Counted from the stretch's first letter, positions 37,335 to 48,172 are shown. The stretch: 64,000 nt of DNA from Candidatus Wolframiiraptor sinensis (GCA_023261815.1 JALNKA010000001.1:30258-94257); one strand, 5' to 3'. Notes: generated by a model from the sequence alone, not told the origin. Numbers and translations: made by a program.

Positions 37335-38746
37335 GCCTGAGGCAAGCGGTCGAGAATATCGCGCGATATCTCCCCGAGATCAAGAGACCTGTTAGGAGGC
37401 CTAGCCTTGGTGAGAGGCTGATCTGGACTGCTCTAGTCCTCGTCATATACACGCTCATGGGCCATACGACGCTCTACGGTGTCTCCCAGGCGGCTGGGCT
37501 CGCGGGCCAAAGCCCCCTAATCATGAGCATAATCTTCGCTCAGAAAATCGGTACGCTAACGACCCTGGGCATAGGCCCGATCGTGACTGCCGGGCTGACC
37601 CTCCAGCTACTCGTCGGGGCCCAGATCATAAAGCTCGATCTCTCAAAGCCCGAGGACAGGACGACTTTCACCGCGCTCAGCAAGCTCTTCACGATCGTCG
37701 TGATAATCGTGGAGGCCGCAATCTACACGGTCTCAGGAATGCTCGGGCACCTAGAGCCAGTAGTCCAGGCAATAGTCTTCGCTCAGCTCGTGGCCGCCAC
37801 GATGCTAATAGTATTCATGGATGAGCTGATACAGAAAGGCTGGGGTCTTGGGAGCGGAGTGAGCCTATTCATAGCGGCCGGCGTCGCCGAGACGATATTC
37901 ATGAACCTCTTCTCGCCGATAATTCTTCCCGACGGCTATTACCAGGGAGTAATCCTCGCGCTGGTGCAGGCGGCCGCTGGAGGCGGCTCCATCGGGAATC
38001 TAATCTACAGAGGACAATTTCCGGATGTAATGGGCCTAGTAGCGACGATAGCATTGCTGCTTCTCATAATCTACCTGGAAGCTCTCAGGATAGAGGTGCC
38101 GATACAGCATGCCCGCGTCTCGGGCTACGTTGCCAGATACCCGATAAAGTTCCTCTACGTCTCCAACATCCCCGTGATCTTCACCTCGGTGATCTTCACG
38201 AACATCTACTTCTTCTCCACGATAATCTGGAGCAGGTTCAACCCGGCGAACCAGGATCCTATCCTCAACTTAATCGGATCATTTAACGCGACAGAGTATG
38301 GCCCAGTCCCGCTCGGAGGCCTAGCTTACTACGTGACACCTCCCGATAGCATAGCGGCCGCGGTGGCGGATCCGATCAGGCTTCTCGTATACGCCGCTCT
38401 GATGCTCGGCTTCTGCGTGCTCTTCGCGAAGTTCTGGGTTGAGGTCGGAGGCCTGTCGCCGGAGAGGATCGCCGGTCAGCTCATCAAGGCGGGCATGCAA
38501 GTTCCGGGGTTCAGGAGGGCGCCGGCCGTAATCGCTAGAATGCTCGAGAAGTATATCCGGACGCTGACGATCTTGAGCGCCATCATAGTGGGCCTCATCG
38601 CCGTCTTCGGAGACTACTTCAATGTCTACGGAGGCGGGATAGGAATACTTCTGATGACGGGCATCTTAATGCAGTACTACGAGCTCCTGGTGAGAGAAAG
38701 GCTCGAGGAGATGAGCCCGATATTCAGGAGGCTGCTCGGAGAGTAG
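37331..38746 (+). CDS. secY: Protein translocase subunit SecY
   Basis: 471 aa, 10 TM segments. LPEIKRP...GERLIWTALVLVIY N-terminus. Canonical position after L15. Confidence 0.95.
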   Translation: MSLRQAVENIARYLPEIKRPVRRPSLGERLIWTALVLVIYTLMGHTTLYGVSQAAGLAGQSPLIMSIIFAQKIGTLTTLGIGPIVTAGLTLQLLVGAQIIKLDLSKPEDRTTFTALSKLFTIVVIIVEAAIYTVSGMLGHLEPVVQAIVFAQLVAATMLIVFMDELIQKGWGLGSGVSLFIAAGVAETIFMNLFSPIILPDGYYQGVILALVQAAAGGGSIGNLIYRGQFPDVMGLVATIALLLLIIYLEALRIEVPIQHARVSGYVARYPIKFLYVSNIPVIFTSVIFTNIYFFSTIIWSRFNPANQDPILNLIGSFNATEYGPVPLGGLAYYVTPPDSIAAAVADPIRLLVYAALMLGFCVLFAKFWVEVGGLSPERIAGQLIKAGMQVPGFRRAPAVIARMLEKYIRTLTILSAIIVGLIAVFGDYFNVYGGGIGILLMTGILMQYYELLVRERLEEMSPIFRRLLGE

Positions 38747-38797
38747 CGCGGGAAAAACATATTATCTCGCGGGGCCTCTGGATCATCGAGGGGGCTT

Positions 38798-39268
38798 ATG
38801 GCGCAGGCGATGCTCGAGATATTCATCATAACAGTTGCCGTGAGCTTAGCGACAAGCCTGCTGAGGAGAAAGATTATGACGCCCGAGGACATGGCTAAGA
38901 TGGCCGAGTCCCAGAGCTTTAAGAAGATGCTTCTCGAGGCGCAGAGGAAAGGGGATAAGAAGACGTTGCAGAAGCTCATGCGCAAGCAGGACTATTATCG
39001 GAAGATCGACGCGGAGGTGGGCAAGAAGAATATGATAATCCTCGTCGCGAGCATAGCGATATTCTATGTGGTCTTCCTGGGCGTATTAACTCCGCTATAT
39101 GGCGGGGTGGGCGTTGTAGCAATTCTGCCCGGGGATATGATGTTCCCCTTCATCGGGAATAAGCTGGACTACATCAGCTGGTATGTTCTAAGCCTGTTCG
39201 CCGTCAGCTTTCCCATCAATAAGCTGCTCCAGGTCAGCCCGAAGCGCGCCCTCTCGAGAGGAGATTAG
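38798..39268 (+). CDS. DUF106-family membrane protein (archaeal YidC/Oxa1/EMC3-like insertase candidate)
   Basis: 156 aa, 3 TM segments with a charged coiled hairpin ([27 protein letters not shown]) between TM1 and TM2. Conserved archaeal position downstream of secY. Confidence 0.6.
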   Translation: MAQAMLEIFIITVAVSLATSLLRRKIMTPEDMAKMAESQSFKKMLLEAQRKGDKKTLQKLMRKQDYYRKIDAEVGKKNMIILVASIAIFYVVFLGVLTPLYGGVGVVAILPGDMMFPFIGNKLDYISWYVLSLFAVSFPINKLLQVSPKRALSRGD

Positions 39269-39311
39269 TCCGGGGAAACGTTATTATGAGGCCCTCCCTC
39301 AGCAAGTATCC

Positions 39312-40298
39312 ATGGCTAGAGTATACCTTGATGCCGACGCCGACCTCTCGATACTCAGGGATGAGATCATAGCAATCATGGGATATGGTAGCCAGGGAAG
39401 AAATCAGGCGCTGAATCTGAGAGACTCCGGCTTGAAGGTGATAATCGGCTGCAGGCCGGGCAGGTCCAAGCAGCTCGCCGAGAAGGAGGGCTTCGAGGTC
39501 TACGATATGGATGAGGCCGCGAGAAGGGGGACGATAATCTACATGCTCATCCCCGATATGGCTCACAAGGAGGTATACGAGAGATACATCAAGGATAATC
39601 TCTCCGAGGGGAAGGCCCTCTGCTTCTCCCACGGCTTCAGCATACACTACAAGCAGGTTATCCCGCCGCCATACGTCGACGTGATAATGGTTGCGCCGAA
39701 GGGACCTGGCCCAATAGTCAGAGAGAATTATCTAAGGGGCAGCGGCGTCCCGGCGCTGATAGCGGTCGAGCAGGATTACACGGGAAAGGCCAAGCAGAGA
39801 GCTCTCGCGATAGCCAAGGGTATAGGGGCGACGAGAATCGGAGCACTCGAGACGACGTTCAGGGATGAGACCGAGAGCGACCTGATAGGTGAGCAGACGG
39901 TCCTAGTCGGAGGCTTGATGGAGCTGATAAAGAAGGGCTTCGAGGTCTTGGTCGAGGAGGGCTACCCGCCCGAGCTAGCATACTTCGAGGCGTGCAATGA
40001 GGCCAAGCTGATCATGGACCTGATATATGCCGGGGGATTAACCGGCATGCTGAAAGCGGTCTCGGATACGGCGAAGTATGGGGGGCTAACCGTCGGCCCA
40101 AAGATAATTGATGAGCACGTGAAGGAGAATATGAGGGCGGCTGCGAGGCGCGTCAAGGATGGAAGCTTCGCCAGAGAGTGGATCCGAGAGCATGAGAGCG
40201 GCGGAAAGACCCTCAAGCAGCTCATGGAGCAGCTGGAGAACCATCCGCTGGAGATCGTCGGGAGAAGGCTCAGGAGAATGGCGGGCCTAGAGAAATAA
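39312..40298 (+). CDS. ilvC: Ketol-acid reductoisomerase (class I)
   Basis: [37 protein letters not shown]. Confidence 0.95.
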   Translation: MARVYLDADADLSILRDEIIAIMGYGSQGRNQALNLRDSGLKVIIGCRPGRSKQLAEKEGFEVYDMDEAARRGTIIYMLIPDMAHKEVYERYIKDNLSEGKALCFSHGFSIHYKQVIPPPYVDVIMVAPKGPGPIVRENYLRGSGVPALIAVEQDYTGKAKQRALAIAKGIGATRIGALETTFRDETESDLIGEQTVLVGGLMELIKKGFEVLVEEGYPPELAYFEACNEAKLIMDLIYAGGLTGMLKAVSDTAKYGGLTVGPKIIDEHVKENMRAAARRVKDGSFAREWIREHESGGKTLKQLMEQLENHPLEIVGRRLRRMAGLEK

Positions 40299-40344
40299 CT
40301 AGAAATAACGCCATTATATTGGGGGAGCGGAGGCGGTCGGGAAG

Positions 40345-41601
40345 TTGAATATCGTCGAGAAGATCTTGGCAAGAGCGTCCGGCGAGAGGGAGGTTTCACC
40401 TGGCCAGATTGTTGACGCGAAAGTGGATAAGGCGATGATGCACGACCTCACCGGGCCGAGGGTGATAGACTCTTTCAGGGAGATAGGCGTCAAGCGCGTC
40501 TGGGATCCGGAGAGAATAATCGTCGTATTCGATCACGATGTCCCGCCATCGACCATAAAGGCCGCGGAGCTCCAGAAGAAGGTGAGAAACTTCGTCAAGG
40601 AGCAGGGGATAAGGTACTTCTACGATATAGGGCGCGGAGGAATCTGCCACGTCGTCATGCTCGAGAAGGGCCATGTCAAGCCTGGGGAGCTGATAGTCGG
40701 AGCGGACTCTCATACGGTGACGTATGGAGCGCTCGGCGCGTTCGCCACTGGGGTCGGCGCGACCGACATGGCGGCCGTCCTCGCGACGGGCTCAATATGG
40801 CTCAGGGTTCCGGAGACGCTCAAGTTCGAAGTCGATGGAAAGCTCCAGAAACGAGTCTACGCGAAGGACATAATACTACACATTATCGGGATGATCGGGA
40901 GCGAGGGCGCGAACTATAAAGCCATGCTCTTCTCCGGCCGAGCGATAAGGGATCTCGGGATAGATGGTAGAGCGACGATATGCAACATGAGCATAGAGGC
41001 TGGAGCGAAGGCCGGGATAGTGGAGCCGGACGAGAAGACGATGAAATACGTGAGGGAGAGGGTCGGGGAGCCTATAAGCCCCATCAGGAGCGATAAGGAC
41101 GCCGAGTTCGCGAAGGTCTATGAGGTAGATGCATCTCGGCTGGAGCCCCAGATCGCGATCCCGCCATCCGTCGATAACGTGAAGCCGGTGAGCGAGGTCG
41201 GCGACGTGGAGATAAATCAGGGCTTCATAGGAACATGCACGAATGGCAGGCTGGATGATCTCAGGGCCGCCGCAGAGATCTTGAGGGGCAAGAGAGTGAA
41301 GGATGGCGTCAGGCTCGTTATAATCCCTGGATCGCAGGAGGTCTATCACCAAGCTCTCAAGGAGGGTTTGATCGACGTATTCGTCAAGGCCGGCGCGATA
41401 GTCTGCGGCCCGGGATGCGGCCCATGCATCGGGATAAGCAGAGGAGTCTTGGCCGATGACGAAGTCTGCATAAGCTCCGCAAACAGGAACTTCGTTGGAA
41501 GAATGGGGAGCCCGAGGTCGAAGGTCTACCTCGCCTCGCCGGCCACAGTGGCCGCGTCAGCCATAAGAGGAAAGATAACAGATCCACGGGAGGTGGGTTA
41601 G
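40345..41601 (+). CDS. leuC: 3-isopropylmalate (or homoaconitate) dehydratase large subunit
   Basis: Aconitase-family motifs VGADSHT, GTCTNGR and CGPCIG. Confidence 0.9.
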   Translation: MNIVEKILARASGEREVSPGQIVDAKVDKAMMHDLTGPRVIDSFREIGVKRVWDPERIIVVFDHDVPPSTIKAAELQKKVRNFVKEQGIRYFYDIGRGGICHVVMLEKGHVKPGELIVGADSHTVTYGALGAFATGVGATDMAAVLATGSIWLRVPETLKFEVDGKLQKRVYAKDIILHIIGMIGSEGANYKAMLFSGRAIRDLGIDGRATICNMSIEAGAKAGIVEPDEKTMKYVRERVGEPISPIRSDKDAEFAKVYEVDASRLEPQIAIPPSVDNVKPVSEVGDVEINQGFIGTCTNGRLDDLRAAAEILRGKRVKDGVRLVIIPGSQEVYHQALKEGLIDVFVKAGAIVCGPGCGPCIGISRGVLADDEVCISSANRNFVGRMGSPRSKVYLASPATVAASAIRGKITDPREVG

Positions 41602-41605
41602 GGGG

Positions 41606-42100
41606 ATGAAGATCGAGGGAAGAGTAGTGGTCTATGGAGATAACATTGACACGGACGTGATTATTCCAGGCAGGTATCTGGTTCTCCAGGAGCCGTCGGA
41701 GCTCGCTAAGCATGCGATGGAGGGCATTGATCCGAGCTTTCCCGAGAAGGCCAGGGAGGGGGTGATAATTGTGGCCGGGAGAAACTTCGGATGCGGGTCG
41801 AGCAGGGAGGAGGCTCCTGTGGCCCTGAAGCACGCCAACACGAGGTGCGTGATAGCAGAGTCCTTCGCGAGAATATTCTACAGGAACGCGATAAACATCG
41901 GCCTCCCGATAATCGAGGCGAGCCTGAGGGATAAGGTGAGCGAGGGAGACCTGCTCTCGGTAGACCTCGTCAGCGGAATAATAGAGAATAAGACCAAGGG
42001 GGTCAGGATTCAGGCGAAACCCCTGCCGCCGCTCGCGATCGAGATAATAAATGCAGGCGGACTCACGAAGTACGTGCGGAGGAAGCTGGGACTCGAGTAG
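41606..42100 (+). CDS. leuD: 3-isopropylmalate (or homoaconitate) dehydratase small subunit
   Basis: GDNIDTDVIIPGRYL, GRNFGCGSSREEAP. Confidence 0.9.
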   Translation: MKIEGRVVVYGDNIDTDVIIPGRYLVLQEPSELAKHAMEGIDPSFPEKAREGVIIVAGRNFGCGSSREEAPVALKHANTRCVIAESFARIFYRNAINIGLPIIEASLRDKVSEGDLLSVDLVSGIIENKTKGVRIQAKPLPPLAIEIINAGGLTKYVRRKLGLE

Positions 42101-42112
42101 TGGCGACCCCAC

Positions 42113-43144
42113 ATGAGGTATCGAATAGCCCTGATACGCGGTGATGGGATAGGGCCGGAGCAGGCTGAGGCAACGCTTCTCGTCCTCTCTAGGCTTGAGG
42201 AGATCCTGGGCCTGGATCTGGAGATCGTGGATGCCAAGGCCGGCGACGAGTGCATGAGGAAGACCGGGACGCCGCTCCCAGAGGAGACGATAAGGATACT
42301 GAAAAGCACCCACGCGTGCTTGAAGGGGCCTGTCGGCGAGACGGCCGCGGACGTGATCGTGAGGCTTAGGCAGATGTTCGACCTTTACGCGAATGTTAGG
42401 CCTGCGAGATCACTCCCAAACGTCCCATCCCTCAAGCCAAACATAGACCTCGTCATAGTCCGAGAGAACACTGAGGACCTCTATAAGGGATATGAGTGGG
42501 AGCTCGATGGCGCCGCGATCGGCATCAGGCTGATAACCCGTAGGGGTTGCGAGCGCATAGCCAGATATGCTTTCGAGCTCGCTAGGAGGCGGCGGCGGAA
42601 GGTCATAGCGGTCCATAAGGCAAACGTCATGAGAATCACCTGCGGCCTCTTCGCAAGAACATGCAGGGAGGTGGCGAAGGAGTATCCAGACATCATCTAC
42701 TCCGAGATGTATGTCGACGCGGCCGCCATGGACCTGATAAGAAGGCCGGAGCAATTCGACGTAATAGTCACGACGAATGTTTTCGGGGACATATTATCGG
42801 ATGAGGCCGCGCAGGTCGTTGGGGGCCTCGGCCTAGCGCCAGCCGCAAACATAGGGGATGAATACGCGATCTTCGAGCCCGTTCACGGATGCGCCCCGGA
42901 CATCGCTGGAAAGGGAATAGCGAACCCGATCTCGATGATACTCTCGGCCGCATTGATGTTCGAGTGGCTGTCGGCTAAGCACGGGGACGAGAAATGCCTC
43001 GAAGCGTCTAGGCTGATAAGCGATGCTGTAGTGGGGGCTTTGGAGGAGGGAAGGGCGCTTACGCCGGATCTCGGCGGCAACGCCAAGACGATCGAGCTCG
43101 GCGCGAGGATAGCGGGCTTCATCGAGAAGATTAAGCGGCCCTAG
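42113..43144 (+). CDS. leuB: 3-isopropylmalate dehydrogenase
   Basis: IALIRGDGIGPE, FDLYANVRP, VRENTEDLY, NVFGDILSDEAAQVVGGLGLAPAANIG. Confidence 0.9.
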   Translation: MRYRIALIRGDGIGPEQAEATLLVLSRLEEILGLDLEIVDAKAGDECMRKTGTPLPEETIRILKSTHACLKGPVGETAADVIVRLRQMFDLYANVRPARSLPNVPSLKPNIDLVIVRENTEDLYKGYEWELDGAAIGIRLITRRGCERIARYAFELARRRRRKVIAVHKANVMRITCGLFARTCREVAKEYPDIIYSEMYVDAAAMDLIRRPEQFDVIVTTNVFGDILSDEAAQVVGGLGLAPAANIGDEYAIFEPVHGCAPDIAGKGIANPISMILSAALMFEWLSAKHGDEKCLEASRLISDAVVGALEEGRALTPDLGGNAKTIELGARIAGFIEKIKRP

Positions 43145-43171
43145 GTGCGTGAAGCCCGGCTAAGCGTAAAG

Positions 43172-43180
43172 GTTTAATTA
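43172..43180 (+). promoter_or_regulatory. TATA-like box GTTTAATTA 26 nt upstream of the leuA TTG start
   Basis: Spacing is consistent with a leaderless leuA transcript inside the ilvC-leuCDBA cluster. Confidence 0.3.
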
Positions 43181-43205
43181 CTCTCTCACTCGGCAGTCTC
43201 CAGAA

Positions 43206-44702
43206 TTGAGCGAGGTTATCAGGATTTTCGACACGACGCTGAGGGATGGCGAGCAGGCTCCAGGAGTGAGCTTAACGCCCGAGCAGAAACTGGAGATAGC
43301 TATACAGCTTGATAGGCTCGGTGTTGACGTTATCGAGGTGGGATTCCCGGTCGCGTCGGAGGGCGAGAGAAAAGCATTCGAGCTGATAAGGGATGCGGGG
43401 CTCAAGGCTGAGATATGCGCGCTGGCCAGGGCTGATCAGAGGGATGTGGATGCCGCTATCGAGGTCGAGCCGGATTCCATCCACGTATTCTACTCGACCA
43501 GCGACATACACCTGAAAAATGTTCTCGGAGTGAGCAGGAATGAGGCTCTGGAGAGGATCTCGAGATACGTCTCCTACGTCAAGGATCACGGCTTCATATG
43601 CGAGTTCTCGCCGATGGATGCGACTAGGACGGATCTCGAGTTTCTCAAGCAAGCCTGCTGGGCCGCCGAGGAAGCTGGAGCCGACCGGATCAACATCCCT
43701 GACACGGTCGGCGTGATGACTCCCAGGCGCATGTATGACTTGATCAAGGAGATAAGGAACGTTGTTAGGATACCGATAAGCGTTCACTGCCATAATGACT
43801 TCGGGCTGGCCGTAGCCAATACCCTCGCGGGAATAGAGGCTGGAGCTGTTCAAGCCCACGTCACGGTCAACGGCATAGGCGAGAGGGCTGGAAACGCCGC
43901 CCTAGAGGAGGTGGTCATGGCTCTCAGCCTGCTATATGGCAAGAAGACCAACATTGATGCGAGGCAGATATACGCGACATCCCAGCTCGTCAGGAGGCTA
44001 ACCGGGATACAGCTTCAGCCCCATAAGCCGATAGTGGGCGATAACGCGTTCGCGCATGAGTCTGGGATACACGTCAAGGGAGTTATCGTTGATCCATGCG
44101 CCTTCGAGCCCTTCAACCCGGAGCTCGTCGGGAGGGTTAGGAAGATCGTGGCGGGGAAGCATGCGGGCAAGCACGGGATAAAGACGATGCTGGAGGAAAG
44201 CGGGTTGAAGCCAACGGAGAGCCAGCTAGAGGAGATTGTTAGGAGGGTTAAGGAGCTGGGAGATAAGGGTAAAGCGGTCACGGACACGGATGTTCTCGCG
44301 ATAGCTAGATCCGTGATAGAGGCGCCGATGGAGGAAATGAAAGCGGTAAAGCTTGAGGAGCTCGTGGTTGTTACCGGGACCGGCGTAATACCGACCTCAT
44401 CCGTCAAGCTGAACGTGCTCGGTAAGGAATACGTCTCGGCGGAGACCGGGGTGGGCCCTGTCGATGCCTCGCTAAAGGCGATACAGAGGGTTCTCCAGAA
44501 CCTCGCCAAGATAAGCTTGCGGGAGTTCAGAATTGAGGCCGTCACGGGAGGCTCCGACGCGATCGCCGAGGTGATTATCAAGGTCGAGGATGAGACTGGA
44601 AACATAGTCTCCGCCAGGGGAGCAAGGGAGGACATAGTGATGGCGAGCGTCGAGGCGATGATGAACGCGATCAACAAGCTCCTAGCGAAGAAGATGCGGT
44701 AA
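43206..44702 (+). CDS. leuA: 2-isopropylmalate synthase (or citramalate synthase) with C-terminal LeuA regulatory/dimerisation domain
   Basis: FDTTLRDGEQAPG, HCHNDFGLAVAN, FAHESGIH, plus an about 130-aa C-terminal domain (...TGGSDAIAEVIIKVED...GNIVSARGA). Confidence 0.9.
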   Translation: MSEVIRIFDTTLRDGEQAPGVSLTPEQKLEIAIQLDRLGVDVIEVGFPVASEGERKAFELIRDAGLKAEICALARADQRDVDAAIEVEPDSIHVFYSTSDIHLKNVLGVSRNEALERISRYVSYVKDHGFICEFSPMDATRTDLEFLKQACWAAEEAGADRINIPDTVGVMTPRRMYDLIKEIRNVVRIPISVHCHNDFGLAVANTLAGIEAGAVQAHVTVNGIGERAGNAALEEVVMALSLLYGKKTNIDARQIYATSQLVRRLTGIQLQPHKPIVGDNAFAHESGIHVKGVIVDPCAFEPFNPELVGRVRKIVAGKHAGKHGIKTMLEESGLKPTESQLEEIVRRVKELGDKGKAVTDTDVLAIARSVIEAPMEEMKAVKLEELVVVTGTGVIPTSSVKLNVLGKEYVSAETGVGPVDASLKAIQRVLQNLAKISLREFRIEAVTGGSDAIAEVIIKVEDETGNIVSARGAREDIVMASVEAMMNAINKLLAKKMR

Positions 44703-44717
44703 GCCGATCCCCTGCTA

Positions 44718-45482
44718 TCAGCTCTCCTGTGCGGCCTGATCCTCGATAAGCTGATCTCTGATAATCTTCCCCACCTCCTCAAGCCCGTGAACGAGGAAGC
44801 CATAGCACTCGCCGGGTTTCTCTGGTGATGAGTAGAGGACCAGCAGCCTCTCGAAGTCCGCGGAGATGAAGCTGAGGGGAACGAGCGCCGTGAAGGTGCT
44901 GCCCCCAAACTCCCTCAGAAACTCCTCCAATAATTCCAGCGGCACTTCTCTTCTCAGAACGCGTGCATCGGCGTAGAAGTATACTCGGCCACCTCTCCGC
45001 TTAAACTCCCTGAGCTTCTCCGCGAAATCCATTAGCACGCGCGATGGAAGATAGAATATTCTCGCCAGTAGATCTTTTCTCGCCCTCTCAATCATGTCTA
45101 AGCTTGCCTCATAGGCACTCTCACCCTTCAGAAGAATCATGTTGAACTTCGGGATAGTCCTCGTCGAGGCATGCATCAGCCTCAGCCTCTCCACCGCCCC
45201 CGAGATCTCATCAAACAGCCTCCTCCTTAGGGGCTCTAGAGCCCTCTCGGGCGGCACGGCGGAATAGATCGCCGGCCTAGAGCTGAGCACTCTCTGAACG
45301 ATGCCCGCCTCCTCAAGCTTGCCCAGAACATCGTAGATCCTCGTCCTGGGAACTCCAGACCTCCTCGAGATCTCGCTCGCGTCAGCCTCCCCAAGCTCCA
45401 CGAGAGCTATGTATGCTCTCGCCTCATACTCGCTCAGCCCGAGCTTCTTGAGGGCGTGGACCAGCTTCTCATGCTCGCTCAC
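44718..45482 (-). CDS. TrmB-family transcriptional regulator
   Basis: N-terminal wHTH LGLSEYEARAYIALVELGEADASEISRRSGVPRTRIYDVLGKLEEAGIV. Divergent from the ABC exporter operon. Confidence 0.85.
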   Translation of the reverse strand: MSEHEKLVHALKKLGLSEYEARAYIALVELGEADASEISRRSGVPRTRIYDVLGKLEEAGIVQRVLSSRPAIYSAVPPERALEPLRRRLFDEISGAVERLRLMHASTRTIPKFNMILLKGESAYEASLDMIERARKDLLARIFYLPSRVLMDFAEKLREFKRRGGRVYFYADARVLRREVPLELLEEFLREFGGSTFTALVPLSFISADFERLLVLYSSPEKPGECYGFLVHGLEEVGKIIRDQLIEDQAAQES

Positions 45483-45561
45483 GGCGGGACCTGAAATAAT
45501 ACTCCGCGAGTTACAAAAAATACTTATCGCGCCTCGGGAGCCCTCCGCTGGGTGATAGGCT

Positions 45562-46245
45562 TTGGAGCAGCCCGCGATAAAATTCGAGAACGTCTGGAAG
45601 ATCTATAGGCTGGGTAAAGTCGAGGTTCCAGCGCTCAGGGGCCTTAGCCTGGAGATCAAGCGGGGTGAGCACGTGGCGATCATGGGCCCCTCCGGAAGCG
45701 GCAAATCCACTTTCCTTCACTTGGCGGGCGCGCTCGATAGGCCGACGAGGGGCAGAGTCCTGATAGAGGGCAGGGATCCGAGCAGGATGAGTGATGAGGA
45801 GCTTAGCAGGCTGAGGAACGGGTTGATAGGCTTCGTCTTCCAGACATTCAACCTGATCCCGAGGCTCACGGCGCTCGAGAATGTGATGCTCCCCCTAGCG
45901 ATAAAGGGTGTTAATGGGGAGGAGAGGGTTAGGAGGGCGAGGGAGGCGTTGGAGAAGGTGGGCTTAGCGCATAGAATCAATCATAGGCCGATGGAGCTTA
46001 GCGGTGGAGAGCAGCAGAGGGTCGCGATTGCGAGGGCCATAGTGACGAACCCGAGGATAATATTGGCAGATGAGCCGACTGGAAACTTGGATTCGGCCTC
46101 CGCCGCGGAGGTGGTGGAACTTCTCACCAGGCTAAATAGGGATCTCGGGATAACGCTAGTGGTCGTCACGCATAATCCTGAAACGGCCTCACCTGCGGGA
46201 AGAATAGTCAGGATGAGGGATGGTGTCGTCCATGAGGAGAATTAG
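45562..46245 (+). CDS. ABC transporter ATPase, MacB/LolD/SalX-type
   Basis: GPSGSGKST, FVFQTFNLIP, LSGGEQQRVAIARA, ILADEPTGNLD. Confidence 0.9.
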   Translation: MEQPAIKFENVWKIYRLGKVEVPALRGLSLEIKRGEHVAIMGPSGSGKSTFLHLAGALDRPTRGRVLIEGRDPSRMSDEELSRLRNGLIGFVFQTFNLIPRLTALENVMLPLAIKGVNGEERVRRAREALEKVGLAHRINHRPMELSGGEQQRVAIARAIVTNPRIILADEPTGNLDSASAAEVVELLTRLNRDLGITLVVVTHNPETASPAGRIVRMRDGVVHEEN

Positions 46246-48172
46246 CCTTATCTTGATCTGCCTGCTACTGGCCGCCGTCGCCGCGCCTCTCGCAGCCTAC
46301 GCGGGCGCCGTCCCCGACATAGTGTTCTCGGATGCGTGGTTCGGCGAAGTCGGCAGGAAGATGGAGGTAGCTCCAGGAGATAAGAATGCGCAACTAGTCG
46401 TCGAACTTGTAAACACGATGGATAAGGATATCAGGTATGCTCAGGGAACTCTCTACCTGCCCGAGGGATTCAGGGATTCTAGGAGCGGCGAGCGCATAAC
46501 CACCCCATCAATGAGCGGCCACATCAGATCTGGTGAGCGCTTCCACTTAACTTTCCTCCTAGACATAGGCGAGGGGGTGAAGGTTGGAGAGTATGAGGCG
46601 AGCCTCGCCCTGAGATACGTCGAGTGGGATAAGGATGTGATAACCCTGAGCATGCTTAAGATCAGATTCAGGATCACGGGCAAAGCCGATCTCAGAATAT
46701 CCGTGAGCCCGAGCACCATTGAGCCCGGTTCTCAAGCCGACCTCGAGCTGACGCTGGAAAACATAGGATCCGCCCACGCATCGTCAGCCGAGATCTGGGT
46801 GAAGTCAGCCTCGGCCGGCCTAGCGCTCCTCGAGGGAAGCGGCAAGCGTGTCATCGGAAACATCGCGCCGGGCGCGTTCGTGATCATTCCCGTGAAAGTC
46901 TTCGTGAGCAGGGCGCTGGCCGATGGCTCGGCGAGCCTAATCGTCGATGTGAGGTATCGGAACTCCTATGGGGAAGCCGTCGCGGAGACGCATGAGCTCA
47001 TGCTCAGAGTTAAGCCACTAGGCGGGGTCGGAGTCCTCTTAGACGTGCTGCTCGAGGACCCGGTCTTGGAGCCGGCGCACTCCAGAACCCTGAACATCAT
47101 CGTGAAGAATGGCGGAAGTGCGGTCGCCGGAGATGTCAATCTCGAGATAGGATTGAATAGGCTCGCCAACCCGCCCATAACGGTTCTGAGCGGCCCGCTC
47201 TCGATCAAACTCGGAGACCTCACTCCCGGATCGGAGAAGAAGATATCGATAGATGTTCTCGTGAACGAGAGGGCTGCCGGCGGCTCATACTCTATACCGA
47301 TCCTCATAACCTATGCCGATGAGGAGGGGAGGCACGTGATCGAGAAGGGCCTCACGATAACGATCTTGGAGGAAAGCAGGAGGAACAGGCTGAGGATTTA
47401 CTCGAGCGAATACGTGAGAGGCGGAGTGATAGAGCCCGTGAACATAACGATCGAGAACATCTCGGGCGAGAAGCTCAAAGACATAACGCTGACGATAGCG
47501 CCGACAGCTGGATGGGTAACGCTCATCGGGCCGACGACCTGGAACGTACCGGAGCTGGAGGAGAATGGGAGTATGATCATAAGTCTCAAGATCTACGCGC
47601 CCTCGGAGACCGCCTCCGGATCAACGATTGGCGAGCCCTTCAACCTGAGGGTAATGGCCAGCTTCAAGGAGCTCGGAGGCTGGATCAGGGACGAGGAGCA
47701 CCTCATCGGGATGTACGTCAAGGGCATGATAGACATCAAGTTACAGGAACTATCGCTTAAGAGAATGGGCAGGGACCTGCTCCTAGTTGGAAGAATACTG
47801 AATGAGGGGACTGAGAAGGCCTCATACACGAGAATAGAGATAGTGGGCGGCGACATCTCCTCGACCCAGATAAGCTACTTGGGAGACGTCGAGCCGAATG
47901 CCCCAATACTCTTCAACATACCGGTGGAGCGCGTGGAGACTCAGGGAAGCGAGGCGAAAGTAGTCCTCAGAGTAAGCTACCTAGACTCTCTGAGGAATAG
48001 GGGGGAGGTGAGGCTCGAGGGCCTAGTCGAGGTGCCGCAGCCCGCTGAGGCGGCGAGGGAGCAGGCTCCACAGATCCCGGTAAACCAGCTGATACCGGTA
48101 ATCGTGATAATAGCCCTGCTGATCGCCGTAGTATATCTTGCTAGGAGGTCGAGAAAGGTTGAGACCGGGTGA
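46220..48172 (+). CDS. 650-aa secreted, C-terminally anchored protein with repeated CARDB/COG1361-like beta-sandwich modules
   Basis: Signal peptide MRRISLILICLLLAAVAAPLAAYA. At least 4 repeats of the L.L.N.G...A..V.V pattern (DLELTLENIGSAHASSAEIWV, LNIIVKNGGSAVAGDVNLEI, VNITIENISGEKLKDITLTI, GRILNEGTEKASYTRIEIV). C-terminal TM LIPVIVIIALLIAVVYLARR. Confidence 0.7.
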   Translation: MVSSMRRISLILICLLLAAVAAPLAAYAGAVPDIVFSDAWFGEVGRKMEVAPGDKNAQLVVELVNTMDKDIRYAQGTLYLPEGFRDSRSGERITTPSMSGHIRSGERFHLTFLLDIGEGVKVGEYEASLALRYVEWDKDVITLSMLKIRFRITGKADLRISVSPSTIEPGSQADLELTLENIGSAHASSAEIWVKSASAGLALLEGSGKRVIGNIAPGAFVIIPVKVFVSRALADGSASLIVDVRYRNSYGEAVAETHELMLRVKPLGGVGVLLDVLLEDPVLEPAHSRTLNIIVKNGGSAVAGDVNLEIGLNRLANPPITVLSGPLSIKLGDLTPGSEKKISIDVLVNERAAGGSYSIPILITYADEEGRHVIEKGLTITILEESRRNRLRIYSSEYVRGGVIEPVNITIENISGEKLKDITLTIAPTAGWVTLIGPTTWNVPELEENGSMIISLKIYAPSETASGSTIGEPFNLRVMASFKELGGWIRDEEHLIGMYVKGMIDIKLQELSLKRMGRDLLLVGRILNEGTEKASYTRIEIVGGDISSTQISYLGDVEPNAPILFNIPVERVETQGSEAKVVLRVSYLDSLRNRGEVRLEGLVEVPQPAEAAREQAPQIPVNQLIPVIVIIALLIAVVYLARRSRKVETG

